A stretch of DNA of 64,000 nucleotides, from assembly GCA_965207885.1 (NCBI GenBank), contig OZ242311.1, positions 2,208,001 to 2,272,000 on the forward strand, given 5' to 3'. A model generated the notes under the pieces. It searched no databases, was not told where the DNA came from, and saw nothing but the letters and a program-made list of their open reading frames with translations. Origin of the DNA: Candidatus Latescibacterota bacterium. Lineage in GTDB: Bacteria > Latescibacterota > UBA2968. Position numbers and translations under genes: made by a program. Positions 20,231 through 30,408 of this stretch are shown here, piece after piece (position 1 is the first letter of the stretch; each line of letters opens with the position of its first letter).

Positions 20231-21289
20231 TTACGTCTTACAGCCCACTTTTTCAGCCAACTGACAGATCGCCTGTGCAGCTTCGTCAACATCGGATTTG
20301 GAGATGCCGATGTGTGGGATCAATCTTATCAGGTGTGTGCCGATGACGCTTACGCGTATGCCGTATTCGGCGAGTAATCGGTCGCCAAAATCGCGGCCGG
20401 AAATGCCCAATTGAGCCACGTCAAAGCGCACCATGTTGGTCTCTACGCCTTCGACATTGATTCCAATTCCGGGTGCTTTTGCAATGCCTTTTGCCAGGCG
20501 TTTTGCATTGGCGTGATCTTCTGCCATCCGTTCGACGTTGTGTTCTAACGCGTAAATACCCGCAGCGGCAATGATGCCAGCCTGCCGCATGGCGCCTCCG
20601 ATACGCTGTTTCCACTGCCAGGCATTGAGAATAAAATCTGAAGGTCCCGCCAGCACAGCCCCCACAGGCGCGCCCAGGCCCTTGCTCAGATCGATCCACA
20701 GGGTGTCAAAAGACTCGGCGTACGCTTTTGGTGCAATGCCAGTTGCAACTGTTGCATTTAGCAGTCGTGCGCCATCCATGTGCGTTAAAGCACCTTTTTC
20801 GTGCGCAATATCGCATACTGCGCGTATCTGTTCGAGGGACCATATACGTCCCCCCGGCATATTTGTGGTCTGTTCGGCACAGACGAGGCGGAAGGGCGGT
20901 CTGTATCGCGTTGACGGTACCATAACCTCTGCCATTTGCTCGGGTGTAAACATGCCATTTTTCCCATCAATGGGATACAGTGTTGCGCGAGCGAGCACCG
21001 CTGCGCCACCGGCTTCTGATATGAGCGGGTGTGCGGTGCGATCCACCAAAATGAGATCTCCTGCGCGGCAGTGAACCGCATAAGAAATCTGGTTGCACAT
21101 CGTTCCCGATGGCAAAAAAAGGGCCGCCTCTTTGCCCAGCATCTCGGCGACCATATCCTGTAGGGCATTCACCGACGGGTCTTCGCCCTTTTGCTCATCA
21201 CCCACTTCTGCCCGACACATAAACTCGCGCATCGCTTGCGTTGGCACGGTGGATGTATCGCTGTAAAGATCAATTTTAATGTCAGTCAT
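20231..21289 (-). CDS. ltaE: Low-specificity L-threonine aldolase
   Basis: [37 protein letters not shown]. Confidence 0.92.
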   Translation of the reverse strand: MTDIKIDLYSDTSTVPTQAMREFMCRAEVGDEQKGEDPSVNALQDMVAEMLGKEAALFLPSGTMCNQISYAVHCRAGDLILVDRTAHPLISEAGGAAVLARATLYPIDGKNGMFTPEQMAEVMVPSTRYRPPFRLVCAEQTTNMPGGRIWSLEQIRAVCDIAHEKGALTHMDGARLLNATVATGIAPKAYAESFDTLWIDLSKGLGAPVGAVLAGPSDFILNAWQWKQRIGGAMRQAGIIAAAGIYALEHNVERMAEDHANAKRLAKGIAKAPGIGINVEGVETNMVRFDVAQLGISGRDFGDRLLAEYGIRVSVIGTHLIRLIPHIGISKSDVDEAAQAICQLAEKVGCKT

Positions 21290-22249
21290 TTATCTGCTTT
21301 CTCCTGGGCCAGATTTGAAAAGATTCAGAAACCGATCTTCGTAAAATGGATAGAGGTTCCAACGGTCGAGTTCTGCTTTGAGTTCATTGGCTTTTTTGTG
21401 AAACTGATCATTTTTTTTCACTTCGCGAAACATCTTTTCAATGCGTTCCATAACGGACTGCGGCACTTTATCCTCTTCGATCTTTCCGCCTGGAAATTCG
21501 TTTTCTGGAATATCGTCCATGTGGGAAAATGTCTTTTGGATCTGCATCTCAATATCTTCCATTGTGCCTTCCATCTTTTCGGCAGCGTCGTCAATTTCCG
21601 ACATATCGACCGAAAAATTTAACAAATGTGCCAAAGCCAGCACAATCTCTTTTGAAGCTTTGGGGTTTGGGATGGGTGCTGCGTATTGCGGCATGGTTCC
21701 CAAAAAACAGGCTGCATTGAGATCGCGTTTTTGAGCAAAGCCCAGCAATAGACCATTAAGCCCTGAGACCATCCCCTCTTTCAAGATCTCCACACCATGT
21801 GATGCCAGTAAATCTCGAAATTCAGTGTTGTTCGCCACTCCCAGCACCTGTGCATCTTCTTTGTGACTGGACTGTGTGAGATAGGCCGCTCCTGTGAGAA
21901 CGGTATCGATGCCGACCCGTTGTCCCACATCCAGAATTTTGTCCAATAATTCATCGCCGGGTACTCCGCCTATTTGCGCTTCACTTTGAAAAATAATCAA
22001 ATCGTGTTCTTCCACTGCATAAAATACATGGGCAGGCGGATCGGGAAAGGTCGCGAGCCCATCTTCTACGATCATGGCTTCGGGCGTGAAGTGGGATTGC
22101 ATGTCTATTTCTGCAAATGCGACGGCATCGAGTTTGCGCCGGATATAGTCAATCGCACCAATTCCTACACTGCCCATACCGGGCCATCCGGCAAGTAATA
22201 CGGATGCCTGAAAGGAACGGGGCAATTCTTTCAATACGTTTAGTTTCAT
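21290..22249 (-). CDS. PAC2 (proteasome assembly chaperone) family protein
   Basis: LAGWPGMGSVG, VSGLNGLLLG, PNPKAS, VDMSEID; C-terminal YEDRFLNLF extension. Confidence 0.85.
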   Translation of the reverse strand: MKLNVLKELPRSFQASVLLAGWPGMGSVGIGAIDYIRRKLDAVAFAEIDMQSHFTPEAMIVEDGLATFPDPPAHVFYAVEEHDLIIFQSEAQIGGVPGDELLDKILDVGQRVGIDTVLTGAAYLTQSSHKEDAQVLGVANNTEFRDLLASHGVEILKEGMVSGLNGLLLGFAQKRDLNAACFLGTMPQYAAPIPNPKASKEIVLALAHLLNFSVDMSEIDDAAEKMEGTMEDIEMQIQKTFSHMDDIPENEFPGGKIEEDKVPQSVMERIEKMFREVKKNDQFHKKANELKAELDRWNLYPFYEDRFLNLFKSGPGESR

Positions 22250-22320
22250 TTTGTGACCTTTCCACAGGGGACAGAGCGTTTTAGAAATAATATCAAATTA
22301 CAGACCTGGACACAACCATG

Positions 22321-23412
22321 TCAATGCCCAGAGTGCCATTTCTCGAGCGGATGAGAACGATCGGGGTTTGGAAAAACAACGCGCTGTCCAGAAATTTGGG
22401 ATGCGTACGCTCCGTGAATCATTTCCAATGCCCAACGTGCATCTCGATCACTGGAAATGGGTGCGCGGTCGCGTTCTATGGCGTCAATCAGGTCGATAAT
22501 GGCGCGATAATTTCCCGTCTCCTGCAAGTGATCACCCGCAAGGTCGAGCGCCTGCCACTCACGACCACCTCTCCAGGGTGCCCACAGTCCATCTTCGTAA
22601 ATGGATATTGCTTCTGCTCCTCCGCTTATGGCTATCCGTCCAGATTCTCCGACCAGCACCAGCCCATAGCCCTGTCCTTTTCCCGATTGATTGGCCCGCG
22701 AGACAAATGAGCCATCCACGCCATCGCCAAAGGAAAACAGGCTGACCACGCCATCGCCCGCAATCGCGCCAATTGGCTCTGTGGCTTCTCGCACATCCTC
22801 GGGCGCAATTTCGCGGTCTCCAACTGTTACGCGCGCTGTCATCCACAGGGGATCACCACCCAAAAAGCGCATCATGTTGAAGAGATGTGTTCCCAAGACC
22901 AGCATGTCTTCGCCGCCTCCCCGATGGTCTTGTTTGCCATACCCATGCATGGATAGGAGCTTTCCAATTTGATTTTCCCGTATTAAATCGCGCACTTGAT
23001 GTAATTGCCTGAGGTAAACAGCCTGATGCGCTACGGCAATTTTGCGGTTGTGCTGTTCGGCGGCAGCCACGATGCGGTCTGCGGTCGCGAGGTCTCCTGC
23101 AAGTGGTTTTTCCGCATAGACATGGCAACCAGCTTCGATACACGCCACGATCATTTCTTCGTGACAATCGACCCACCGGGGACACACGCTGACAATATCG
23201 AGGTCTTCTTTCGCCAGCATGTCGCGATAGTCCGCATACCCTCGCTGTGCTCCGGCATCTGCGATAGCCTTTTCCCGTCCGGCAGTATTCGGATCGGACA
23301 CAGCAATCATATCCACGCAGTCGTTTTTTTGGTAGGGCACATGCAGGCCATGTCCAAAATTGCCCTGTCCGGTCCGACCGATAGCACCGGCGCGATAGCG
23401 TTTTTCTGCCAT
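22321..23412 (-). CDS. Gfo/Idh/MocA oxidoreductase
   Basis: HVYAEKP, GGGEDMLVLGTH. Confidence 0.9.
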   Translation of the reverse strand: MAEKRYRAGAIGRTGQGNFGHGLHVPYQKNDCVDMIAVSDPNTAGREKAIADAGAQRGYADYRDMLAKEDLDIVSVCPRWVDCHEEMIVACIEAGCHVYAEKPLAGDLATADRIVAAAEQHNRKIAVAHQAVYLRQLHQVRDLIRENQIGKLLSMHGYGKQDHRGGGEDMLVLGTHLFNMMRFLGGDPLWMTARVTVGDREIAPEDVREATEPIGAIAGDGVVSLFSFGDGVDGSFVSRANQSGKGQGYGLVLVGESGRIAISGGAEAISIYEDGLWAPWRGGREWQALDLAGDHLQETGNYRAIIDLIDAIERDRAPISSDRDARWALEMIHGAYASQISGQRVVFPNPDRSHPLEKWHSGH

Positions 23413-23424
23413 TGTGACTCCTTA

Positions 23425-24465
23425 TTAGGGTAAAAACACGACTCCTAACGCGCTATTGGGATTTTGAATCAACTCCTCACATGCTTCAGGTGCGTCATCC
23501 AATGCAACCCGATGGGTGATGAGGGGAGCTACTTTTAAGTGTCCGGAATCCATGAAGCGCAAGCATTCTTCTAAATTTCGCCTCGTTGTCCATTGCATAA
23601 AAACGGGGGGATAATCCGCACCGTGTTCCCATTCCTCGTCGTGATAGCCCGGTCCTGTGCGTGCGGCACTGCGGACATCCAGATTGCCCAGTGCGGATGC
23701 AAAACCGTGTTCAATTCGGGCACCGCCCACAATGACAATGCGCCCCATCAAGTGCGTGTCGGGTGCTTTTTTGATCATTTTGCTAAGCGTGATAAAAGCT
23801 GGCGTGCCATCGCCACCAAAGGCAATTACACCGCCATCGATACCATAACCGCGCGTAAAAGTACGGGATACTTCTACCGGGTCTTCCTCTGTGATATTGA
23901 CCCCGCGCAGCAAGCCACAGGTAGCGGCTTTTTTAAGACGCATGGGCAATTGGTCCAGGCCCATTACATAACATCCCGAAATGCGTGCCCACTGACAGGT
24001 AAATTGTCCCACAAGTCCCAGACCTGCCACGGCAATGTGTTCGCTGAGTTGGAATGCGCCGCGCCGCACGGCATTTAAGGCGGTTGCAACCAGATGAATA
24101 GACGAGGCGTCTTCATCGCTGACGCCATCGGGAATGGGTACTGCCATATTGCGCGGCACACAGGCATGGGTCGCATGTTGGGCATATCCGCCTCCCATAC
24201 AGGCCACGCGCGTCCCAAGCGGTATGTCTTCACACCCCGCGCCTTGCGCCACGACCACGCCAGCATTGGAATATCCAAACGGGCGCGGTGCGGCATCCGA
24301 CGGGTTTTCTCGCCGCCTTTTCACCCCACCCAGCTCTGTGCCGGGACTGACCATGCTCGCCGTGACTTCTATTTGGACCTGGCCTGGCTTTGGGTCTGCA
24401 ACCGGTTCTTCGATGACCGAAATTCCGCCTTGACCGTCAATTGCCGCTACTTTTCGCATTGCCAT
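23425..24465 (-). CDS. MDR-family (zinc-binding-type) dehydrogenase
   Basis: VSPGTE, FGYSNAG, GLGLVG, ITHRV. Confidence 0.88.
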   Translation of the reverse strand: MAMRKVAAIDGQGGISVIEEPVADPKPGQVQIEVTASMVSPGTELGGVKRRRENPSDAAPRPFGYSNAGVVVAQGAGCEDIPLGTRVACMGGGYAQHATHACVPRNMAVPIPDGVSDEDASSIHLVATALNAVRRGAFQLSEHIAVAGLGLVGQFTCQWARISGCYVMGLDQLPMRLKKAATCGLLRGVNITEEDPVEVSRTFTRGYGIDGGVIAFGGDGTPAFITLSKMIKKAPDTHLMGRIVIVGGARIEHGFASALGNLDVRSAARTGPGYHDEEWEHGADYPPVFMQWTTRRNLEECLRFMDSGHLKVAPLITHRVALDDAPEACEELIQNPNSALGVVFLP

Positions 24466-24473
24466 TAGTGTCC

Positions 24474-25265
24474 TCACATTGCCACAATTTGTTTCATGCG
24501 TTTTGCCATCTCAATTTGCACGTCTCGATCGCCACCTACTTCGTGGATGACATATCGGTCATAGCCAATATTCCGCAATCCTTTCATGACTTCTGCCCAA
24601 TCCGTATCCCCATCCATCAGCGGTACGAAATTGCGTTGCTGACGAACAAAGTCCTTAAAATGTACCCGCTTAATGCGGTGTTGAAGCCCGCGAATCCAGT
24701 GCTCTGGATAGCCGTAAAACATCATATTGGCTGTGTCGAGATAAATTCCGACCCAATCGTTGCCCACGGCATCGACAAACTCGCGTGCTTCTTTCGGGTT
24801 GAGCAAAAATTTATTCCACACATTCTCTATGCCAACTGCAACGCCTTTTTCCTCGGCATAAGGGGCGATTTCTTTCATCGAGACCAGAAAATCATCCCAG
24901 GCGTCTTCATAGGTACCATCAACCGGGAGTTGACCTGGATGGAGTAAGACCGCGTCGGTTTCGACCAGATGCGCCACGTCAATGGCGCGGCGCAAGCTCT
25001 TCATGCCGGCTTCGCGCTCTGCCGGGTCTCGGCTGAGGAAGTTGCCCCGGTCATCATATCTGGCAATCGCACTGCTGATTTCAATGCCCGCGTTATCACA
25101 CCGTTTTTTGACACCGCGCACCTCATCGTCACTCATATCGACATTTGGATCACCTTCTGGTGAAAATACCAGTTCGAGTGCCTCGTAACCCGCATCACGG
25201 CACAATTGCAATGTTTCATCCAGTGTCAGTTTGCCCAGGATAATTTGTGTCACACCTATTTTCAT
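24474..25265 (-). CDS. Sugar phosphate isomerase/epimerase (L-ribulose-5P 3-epimerase-like)
   Basis: IENVWNKFL, DTAN, HFKD, IHE. Confidence 0.88.
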   Translation of the reverse strand: MKIGVTQIILGKLTLDETLQLCRDAGYEALELVFSPEGDPNVDMSDDEVRGVKKRCDNAGIEISSAIARYDDRGNFLSRDPAEREAGMKSLRRAIDVAHLVETDAVLLHPGQLPVDGTYEDAWDDFLVSMKEIAPYAEEKGVAVGIENVWNKFLLNPKEAREFVDAVGNDWVGIYLDTANMMFYGYPEHWIRGLQHRIKRVHFKDFVRQQRNFVPLMDGDTDWAEVMKGLRNIGYDRYVIHEVGGDRDVQIEMAKRMKQIVAM

Positions 25266-26959
25266 CGCGTGTCTCCACTAGATTGGGTTGTGTGTTTCGG
25301 AGTATTTTCGCTTCTCTTTTCCAATTCTTCGGCAATTTCGTCCATCAGGACAGCCAGTTGCAGGATATTGTCGCTCGTGACTGAGCCAAGAAATACACCT
25401 GTGTCTCCATCTGTGATTGGGATTACGGACAACGAATGATCCGTCATGCGCTTGAGCACGTCTTCAATTGGCTCATCGGGCTGAGCCTGCGGCAAATCTG
25501 TGCGCAACACAGTGCTCAGGCGCAGGTTTGCCCGCAAACGCGAGGACATTGCCTGCAGGCGGGGAAGCGAGACGATTCCTACAACCTCGCCGCGATCAAC
25601 CACGAGATAATCCCGTTGATTTGGCACGGGCCAGTCATTGATAAAATCCTCTGCCGAGAGCGCAGAATTGGGATATGTGCGCGTGCTGTCCATGACGTGG
25701 TTGACAGTAATATCCTGCATTGCGCGGCGGGCATAAGAAACCGGTATGGCGGTGGGTAGCTTGGCGCGATGCGTTTTTTTGGCTCCGGTAATTGCCAGGT
25801 CAATGGCTTGCGGCATCAGCACAATATAGCCGAACATCATAAGCACGAATAGCGAGAAGACATCCTTACCGATCACGCCGCTCTCGAAGAGAACGAGGAG
25901 GAGCGCGATCTCCGCCACGCCCTTTGCCATTAGTCCCGTGGCCTGGGCAAGGGGATTATCCAGACGTGCCACATAAGTGCCGATGAAGGCACCGGCGAAT
26001 TTGCCTAACGATGGGAATACGACCAATGCGACGATGGTCGCGATTGGCAGGGTCGTAAAGGACAGGTCCAGATGCAGGCCAGCCGAGGCAAAGAAGAGCG
26101 GGACAAACAAGCCCTCTGCTGCGCTTCGCAGGCCGGGCATAACGTCTGCATGCACTTGACGGGGCAGACCCGATAGGGCAGCGCCAAAAAGCAGTGCGCC
26201 AATGGAGCCGTGCAGGTGGATTTTTTCGGCACCTACCACCATCAAGAAAAGTCCACCAATTAGCAGTCCAAACGACAGTTCGGGTACATTCAAAATGCGC
26301 TGCAAGAAGACAATTGCATGTGGCAGAACCCTCGCCGATAGGAACCACACCAATATTGCGAAACCCGCTATTTGCATCAGCAGAATAATTACGCTGGCAA
26401 CACTCAGTTCGTATTCATGCGCGCCAATTTCGCTGATGGAGAACCCGACCACGAGCAGGGCGATCACTTCGGCGATAATTACGGTGGTGAATATTTCGAG
26501 GCCGATGGGTTCTTTAAAATGTCCTTTGTCGGCGAACACCTTTGCAACAAGACCCAGACTGGACAGCGACAAGATGCCAGCCAGAGCCAGCCCCTCTGTG
26601 AAACCGAGATTAAGGGAGAATTCCCCGATTTCGAAGAGGCTGGATGTGAAGGCGATGGAGATGAGCAGTGAGATGAGCACAGACACAATCGCTGCGACAA
26701 AAAACCGCCCGCGAATAGTCGCTACAAAACTCGGTATATCAATCTCGTCAAGGCCAACCAGAAAAAAGAAGACAAAGATACCGATACCCAGGAAGGTTTG
26801 CAGTTCGCTCGTTAGTTCAATTATATTTAAGACGGGACCAAGCAGGGTGCCGGTTATGGTATAGGCGACGATTGAATTTAAGCCAAAACGCTTAAAAACG
26901 CCCTCGAAGATCTTACCTAAGACGATAAGCAGACCGAGGGGTAGTAAGGCGTCAATCAT
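25262..26959 (-). CDS. Cation:proton antiporter (CPA2) with C-terminal CBS domains
   Basis: Many TM helices, FVPLFFASAGL, KFAG; CBS pair (LVVDRGEVVGIVS, IPITDGDTGVFLGSVT). Confidence 0.88.
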   Translation of the reverse strand: MIDALLPLGLLIVLGKIFEGVFKRFGLNSIVAYTITGTLLGPVLNIIELTSELQTFLGIGIFVFFFLVGLDEIDIPSFVATIRGRFFVAAIVSVLISLLISIAFTSSLFEIGEFSLNLGFTEGLALAGILSLSSLGLVAKVFADKGHFKEPIGLEIFTTVIIAEVIALLVVGFSISEIGAHEYELSVASVIILLMQIAGFAILVWFLSARVLPHAIVFLQRILNVPELSFGLLIGGLFLMVVGAEKIHLHGSIGALLFGAALSGLPRQVHADVMPGLRSAAEGLFVPLFFASAGLHLDLSFTTLPIATIVALVVFPSLGKFAGAFIGTYVARLDNPLAQATGLMAKGVAEIALLLVLFESGVIGKDVFSLFVLMMFGYIVLMPQAIDLAITGAKKTHRAKLPTAIPVSYARRAMQDITVNHVMDSTRTYPNSALSAEDFINDWPVPNQRDYLVVDRGEVVGIVSLPRLQAMSSRLRANLRLSTVLRTDLPQAQPDEPIEDVLKRMTDHSLSVIPITDGDTGVFLGSVTSDNILQLAVLMDEIAEELEKRSENTPKHTTQSSGDTR

Positions 26960-27097
26960 AGGTAGGGTCTCATCAATTGTTGGAGATTTAACCAGTCAAG
27001 GTGGGGTGAATTATACGCGTATTTGATATGAAAAATAAACCGACCCCCAAAAAAAGCAAGCCTTTCTCACGCCCTTTGCCCAGCGTTTATATAATGC

Positions 27098-27126
27098 TTG
27101 ACAAGGTGCGATTTTTTCCCTATCAC
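27098..27126 (+). promoter_or_regulatory. Sigma70-type promoter
   Basis: TTGACA-17 nt-TATCAC upstream of the SBP gene. Confidence 0.5.
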
Positions 27127-27192
27127 ATCGCTTTGTTCATGCTGTTCGCAAACCGTCATCACATACAACACAGTAACTCTGGAGATTGCGCT

Positions 27193-28503
27193 ATGAGGCA
27201 CACATGTATTCTATTTGGCCTGATATTTCTCGTTGTGGGCTGTAAACCCGCTGAGTCGCCGACACCTGTGGAGCGCGCTATAACAATATGGTGGGCGCAG
27301 TGGGATCCCGCGGATGGGCTTCAGGAATTGGGCGATAAATTCGAACAGGAAACGGGTATTGCCGTTAAAGTCCACCAGATTCCCTGGCCGTCTTATCAGG
27401 ATCAGGTCTTTCTCAATTTTGGGAATAATAAAACGGATTTTGACATTGTAATTGGCGATAGTCAGTGGATTGGACGAGGCGCAACGCGCGGTCTTTACGT
27501 CGATCTGACCGACTGGTTGCCCACGGCAATTGATATAGACAAAATTCATCCCCGCGCCGCGCGTTATTTGTGCGAATATCCGCCCGGTGGTGGCAAATTC
27601 TACGCCGCGCCATGCGAGACCGATGCCATCGGATTTGTCTATCGCAAAGACTGGTTTGAAGACCCTGCCGAGCAAGCGCCATTCAAAGAAAAATATGGGC
27701 GGGATCTGACGATTCCCGACAATTGGGATGAATTCCGCGATCTGGCTGAATTTTTCCATCGTCCAGATCAAAAACAATACGGCTGTGCTTTGCTCACCGG
27801 CCGAGGGTATGATTCGATGACGATGGGCTTTCAGATGTTTATGTGGGGTTTTGGAGGCTCGTGGGGTGAGTTTGGCGACTTTGCGGTGAATGGGTATGTC
27901 AATAAACCGGAAGTGGCAGAAGCCCTTGCGTATCTGAAGGAGTTGTTACAATACGGTCCCAATGGCGCGACCAATTTCGACTATGGCAAAACCTTCGAGG
28001 CCTTTATCAATGGTTCGACGGCTATGAGCATGAATTATTTCGCCTTTTATCCCGGTATTGTGAAACAGATGGGGGACAAGGCGGGGTTTTTCATGGTGCC
28101 CAAAGCCGGCGACAAGCGCGTGGTGAGTCTGGGGGGACAGGGGTTCAGTATTTCGACCAAAACGTCCGCAGAGCAACAAGAACTGGCCAAGCAATTCATC
28201 GCGTGGTTCTTGCAAACGGATATTCAAAAAGAATGGATTACCAAAGACGCCGGATTTACCGCCAATACGGATATTCTCAATAGCGATGAATTTCGAAATG
28301 CATCGCCGTATAACCGCGCTTTTGCAGAATCGCTCGATTATCTCCAGGACTTTTGGAATGCGCCTGTTTACAACGAGTTGCTCGCGGTCTCACAGCGTTA
28401 TTTGGGCGAAGCGATTGACGGGGTTACGCCCGCGCAGGAAGCCCTTGACAAAATCGCTGCTGAACACGAGCAGATTTTCAAAGATGCCGGTTTGTTGAAG
28501 TAA
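27193..28503 (+). CDS. Sugar ABC transporter substrate-binding lipoprotein
   Basis: Lipobox VVGC, FEQETGIAV, VYRKDWF, PDNWDEF; SD GGAG. Confidence 0.9.
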   Translation: MRHTCILFGLIFLVVGCKPAESPTPVERAITIWWAQWDPADGLQELGDKFEQETGIAVKVHQIPWPSYQDQVFLNFGNNKTDFDIVIGDSQWIGRGATRGLYVDLTDWLPTAIDIDKIHPRAARYLCEYPPGGGKFYAAPCETDAIGFVYRKDWFEDPAEQAPFKEKYGRDLTIPDNWDEFRDLAEFFHRPDQKQYGCALLTGRGYDSMTMGFQMFMWGFGGSWGEFGDFAVNGYVNKPEVAEALAYLKELLQYGPNGATNFDYGKTFEAFINGSTAMSMNYFAFYPGIVKQMGDKAGFFMVPKAGDKRVVSLGGQGFSISTKTSAEQQELAKQFIAWFLQTDIQKEWITKDAGFTANTDILNSDEFRNASPYNRAFAESLDYLQDFWNAPVYNELLAVSQRYLGEAIDGVTPAQEALDKIAAEHEQIFKDAGLLK

Positions 28504-28532
28504 TCATAACTCAAAAAGGAAAGTACAACTCT

Positions 28533-29567
28533 ATGTCCTCTTTTAAAACGCCAGAAGACATCAAAGTGGGTGTTATAGGCTATGGCGGCGCATTCAATAT
28601 GGGCCGCCAGCATCTCACGTTTATGAAAAAGGCGGGTATGACGCCTGTTGCGGTTGCAGAACTCGACGAAACGCGCTTGAAAGTCGCGCGCGAAGAATTT
28701 CCCGGTATCGAGACCTATACATCTGTGTCTGATATGCTGGAAAAATCCGGTGTCAATCTCGTTGTGATCATCACCCCGCACAATACCCATGCCGATCTGG
28801 CATTGCAATGTCTGCGCGCGGGGCGCCACGTTATCAGCGAAAAGCCACTGGCGATTACGACTGAGGAATGCGATGCGATGATCCGCGAAGCCGAAAAGCA
28901 AAACCTCCTTCTTTCCACCTATCACAACCGCCATTGGGATGGGTGTATCCTGAAAGCTCTTGAACAAATTCACCAGCGCAAGGTTATTGGGGAGGTCTAT
29001 CGCATTGAAGCCCACATGGGAGGATACAATCGACCGGGCGACTGGTGGCGCAGTAGCAAGAGCATTTCTGGGGGGATCCTCTACGATTGGGGTGTTCACC
29101 TTCTCGAATATTCGCTCCAAATTCTGCAATCGGATATTGTGGAGGTTACCGGGTTCGCGCACACCGGTTTCTGGGCTGATGAGACCCGCTGGCAGGACGA
29201 TACCAATGAAGATGAGGCCACAGCTATTGTGCGTTTCAAAAACGGAACGTGGATCAATCTCACGATGTCGAGTATCGCATCTGCACCCCGCAAGGGCTGG
29301 CTCGAGATTACCGGTACGGCCGGTACTTATATTTTTGATGGTGGGACGTACGAAATTTTACAGATAAAAGATGGAGAAAAGATTGTCTCCTCTGGCAAAA
29401 ATCCCAGCCATCAATACGATAAATACTACGATAATATTGCCGCACATCTCTCGACGGGTGAAGACCTGATTATCACGCCCGAATGGTCTCGCCGCCCCAT
29501 TCACATCCTGGACCTTGCCTGTAAAAGCGCAGCGATGGGGCAGGCGCTCAAGGCGAAGTACGCATAG
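28533..29567 (+). CDS. Gfo/Idh/MocA oxidoreductase
   Basis: GVIGYGG, HVISEKP, HNRHWD, GGILYDWGVH. Confidence 0.92.
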   Translation: MSSFKTPEDIKVGVIGYGGAFNMGRQHLTFMKKAGMTPVAVAELDETRLKVAREEFPGIETYTSVSDMLEKSGVNLVVIITPHNTHADLALQCLRAGRHVISEKPLAITTEECDAMIREAEKQNLLLSTYHNRHWDGCILKALEQIHQRKVIGEVYRIEAHMGGYNRPGDWWRSSKSISGGILYDWGVHLLEYSLQILQSDIVEVTGFAHTGFWADETRWQDDTNEDEATAIVRFKNGTWINLTMSSIASAPRKGWLEITGTAGTYIFDGGTYEILQIKDGEKIVSSGKNPSHQYDKYYDNIAAHLSTGEDLIITPEWSRRPIHILDLACKSAAMGQALKAKYA

Positions 29568-29585
29568 GTGTTGGCAAATACACAG

Positions 29586-29625
29586 AAAAAGCGACCAATG
29601 TCTCTCGACAAAGGCCGCTTTTTTT
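29586..29625. terminator. Bidirectional-type terminator next to the transposon target site
   Basis: AAAAAGCGACC...GGCCGCTTTTTTT. Confidence 0.65.
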
Positions 29626-29636
29626 ATTTTAATTTT

Positions 29637-29701
29637 GGCAATTAGCTTTATAAAGCCTTCCTTGTAACTGATTTTCCCGTAATGTGTTACAAGAATATAT
29701 A
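29637..29701 (+). repeat. Left imperfect terminal inverted repeat
   Basis: Ungapped hand alignment with the reverse complement of 38474-38538: about 39/65 identical, 10 of the first 13. Confidence 0.7.
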
Positions 29702-29870
29702 CTGAAAGATAGTCAGAAACAAGCTTGATTGTTAGTTGGTTGTAGGCTTATCCACGTAAGCCTGAATTCGCTACCCGAAATTCAATCAAAATATAGCCAG
29801 GAATGGCTTTGGACTGGCAATGAAGAAGGGCACGCTCTTGTGGAACGTGCCCTCTCGACCAACCTGTATT

Positions 29871-29945
29871 TTACAGGTCGATCCGTATAGCTATGACGAT
29901 CTTCCAGACTCGGATAGCCATTGCGACAATGATTGTACGTCTCAT
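29871..29945 (-). CDS. 24-aa hydrophobic/basic peptide, candidate type I toxin
   Basis: MRRTIIVAMAIRVWKIVIAIRIDL*; SD AAGGAG; own promoter; SD-sequestering 5' UTR stem. Confidence 0.6.
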   Translation of the reverse strand: MRRTIIVAMAIRVWKIVIAIRIDL

Positions 29946-30034
29946 TGCCAGTTCTCCTTTTCTCCCTCGCGGGATTCGGAGTGATAAACAACAACTGGCT
30001 ATTATGTAATCTCAGAGCTATTATATCTGATTCA

Positions 30035-30063
30035 AATATACATAGGTTTGTGAGGCTTGACAA
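30035..30063 (-). promoter_or_regulatory. Sigma70-type promoter for the 24-aa peptide
   Basis: TTGTCA-17 nt-TATATT on the minus strand. Confidence 0.6.
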
Positions 30064-30080
30064 GCAATCAAAATAGGGCA

Positions 30081-30359
30081 TCATCTCCTTTCACGATGAT
30101 CTTTGCCCATCTTGTATGCTGTTGCTACTGATATTAACCACACGATAGTCCAGATTACATTGTCTTCGCCAAACACATCACATAACGCACCAAATATATC
30201 TAGATAAAACCAAAAGAACACGCTTATATGAGTCACAACATTCCATAGAATTTTCTTTGCTCTTTTCGACGGGTCTGAAGCAAAAACAAGTATTGCACTG
30301 AGAAAGAAAAGTGGCAGATTTATAGAAAACAATATGATAAGTATTTCACTCGTATCCAT
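30081..30359 (-). CDS. Small membrane protein (about 3 TM)
   Basis: Three hydrophobic segments; SD AAGGA. Confidence 0.65.
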   Translation of the reverse strand: MDTSEILIILFSINLPLFFLSAILVFASDPSKRAKKILWNVVTHISVFFWFYLDIFGALCDVFGEDNVIWTIVWLISVATAYKMGKDHRERR

Positions 30360-30408
30360 AAATAAAGTCCTTACTAAATACCCAAACGTTCTTCACAAGT
30401 CAATCGGT

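Noticed and set aside
29671-29700. dif/Xer-like site (TTTTCCCGTAA TGTGTT ...)
   Set aside because: There is no XerD arm (TTATGTTAAAT), and it is explained as part of the terminal repeat dyad.
29782-30084. 100-aa minus ORF from the ORF track
   Set aside because: It has no motif and spans a promoter and hairpins. The 24-aa ORF in another frame has the SD and promoter.
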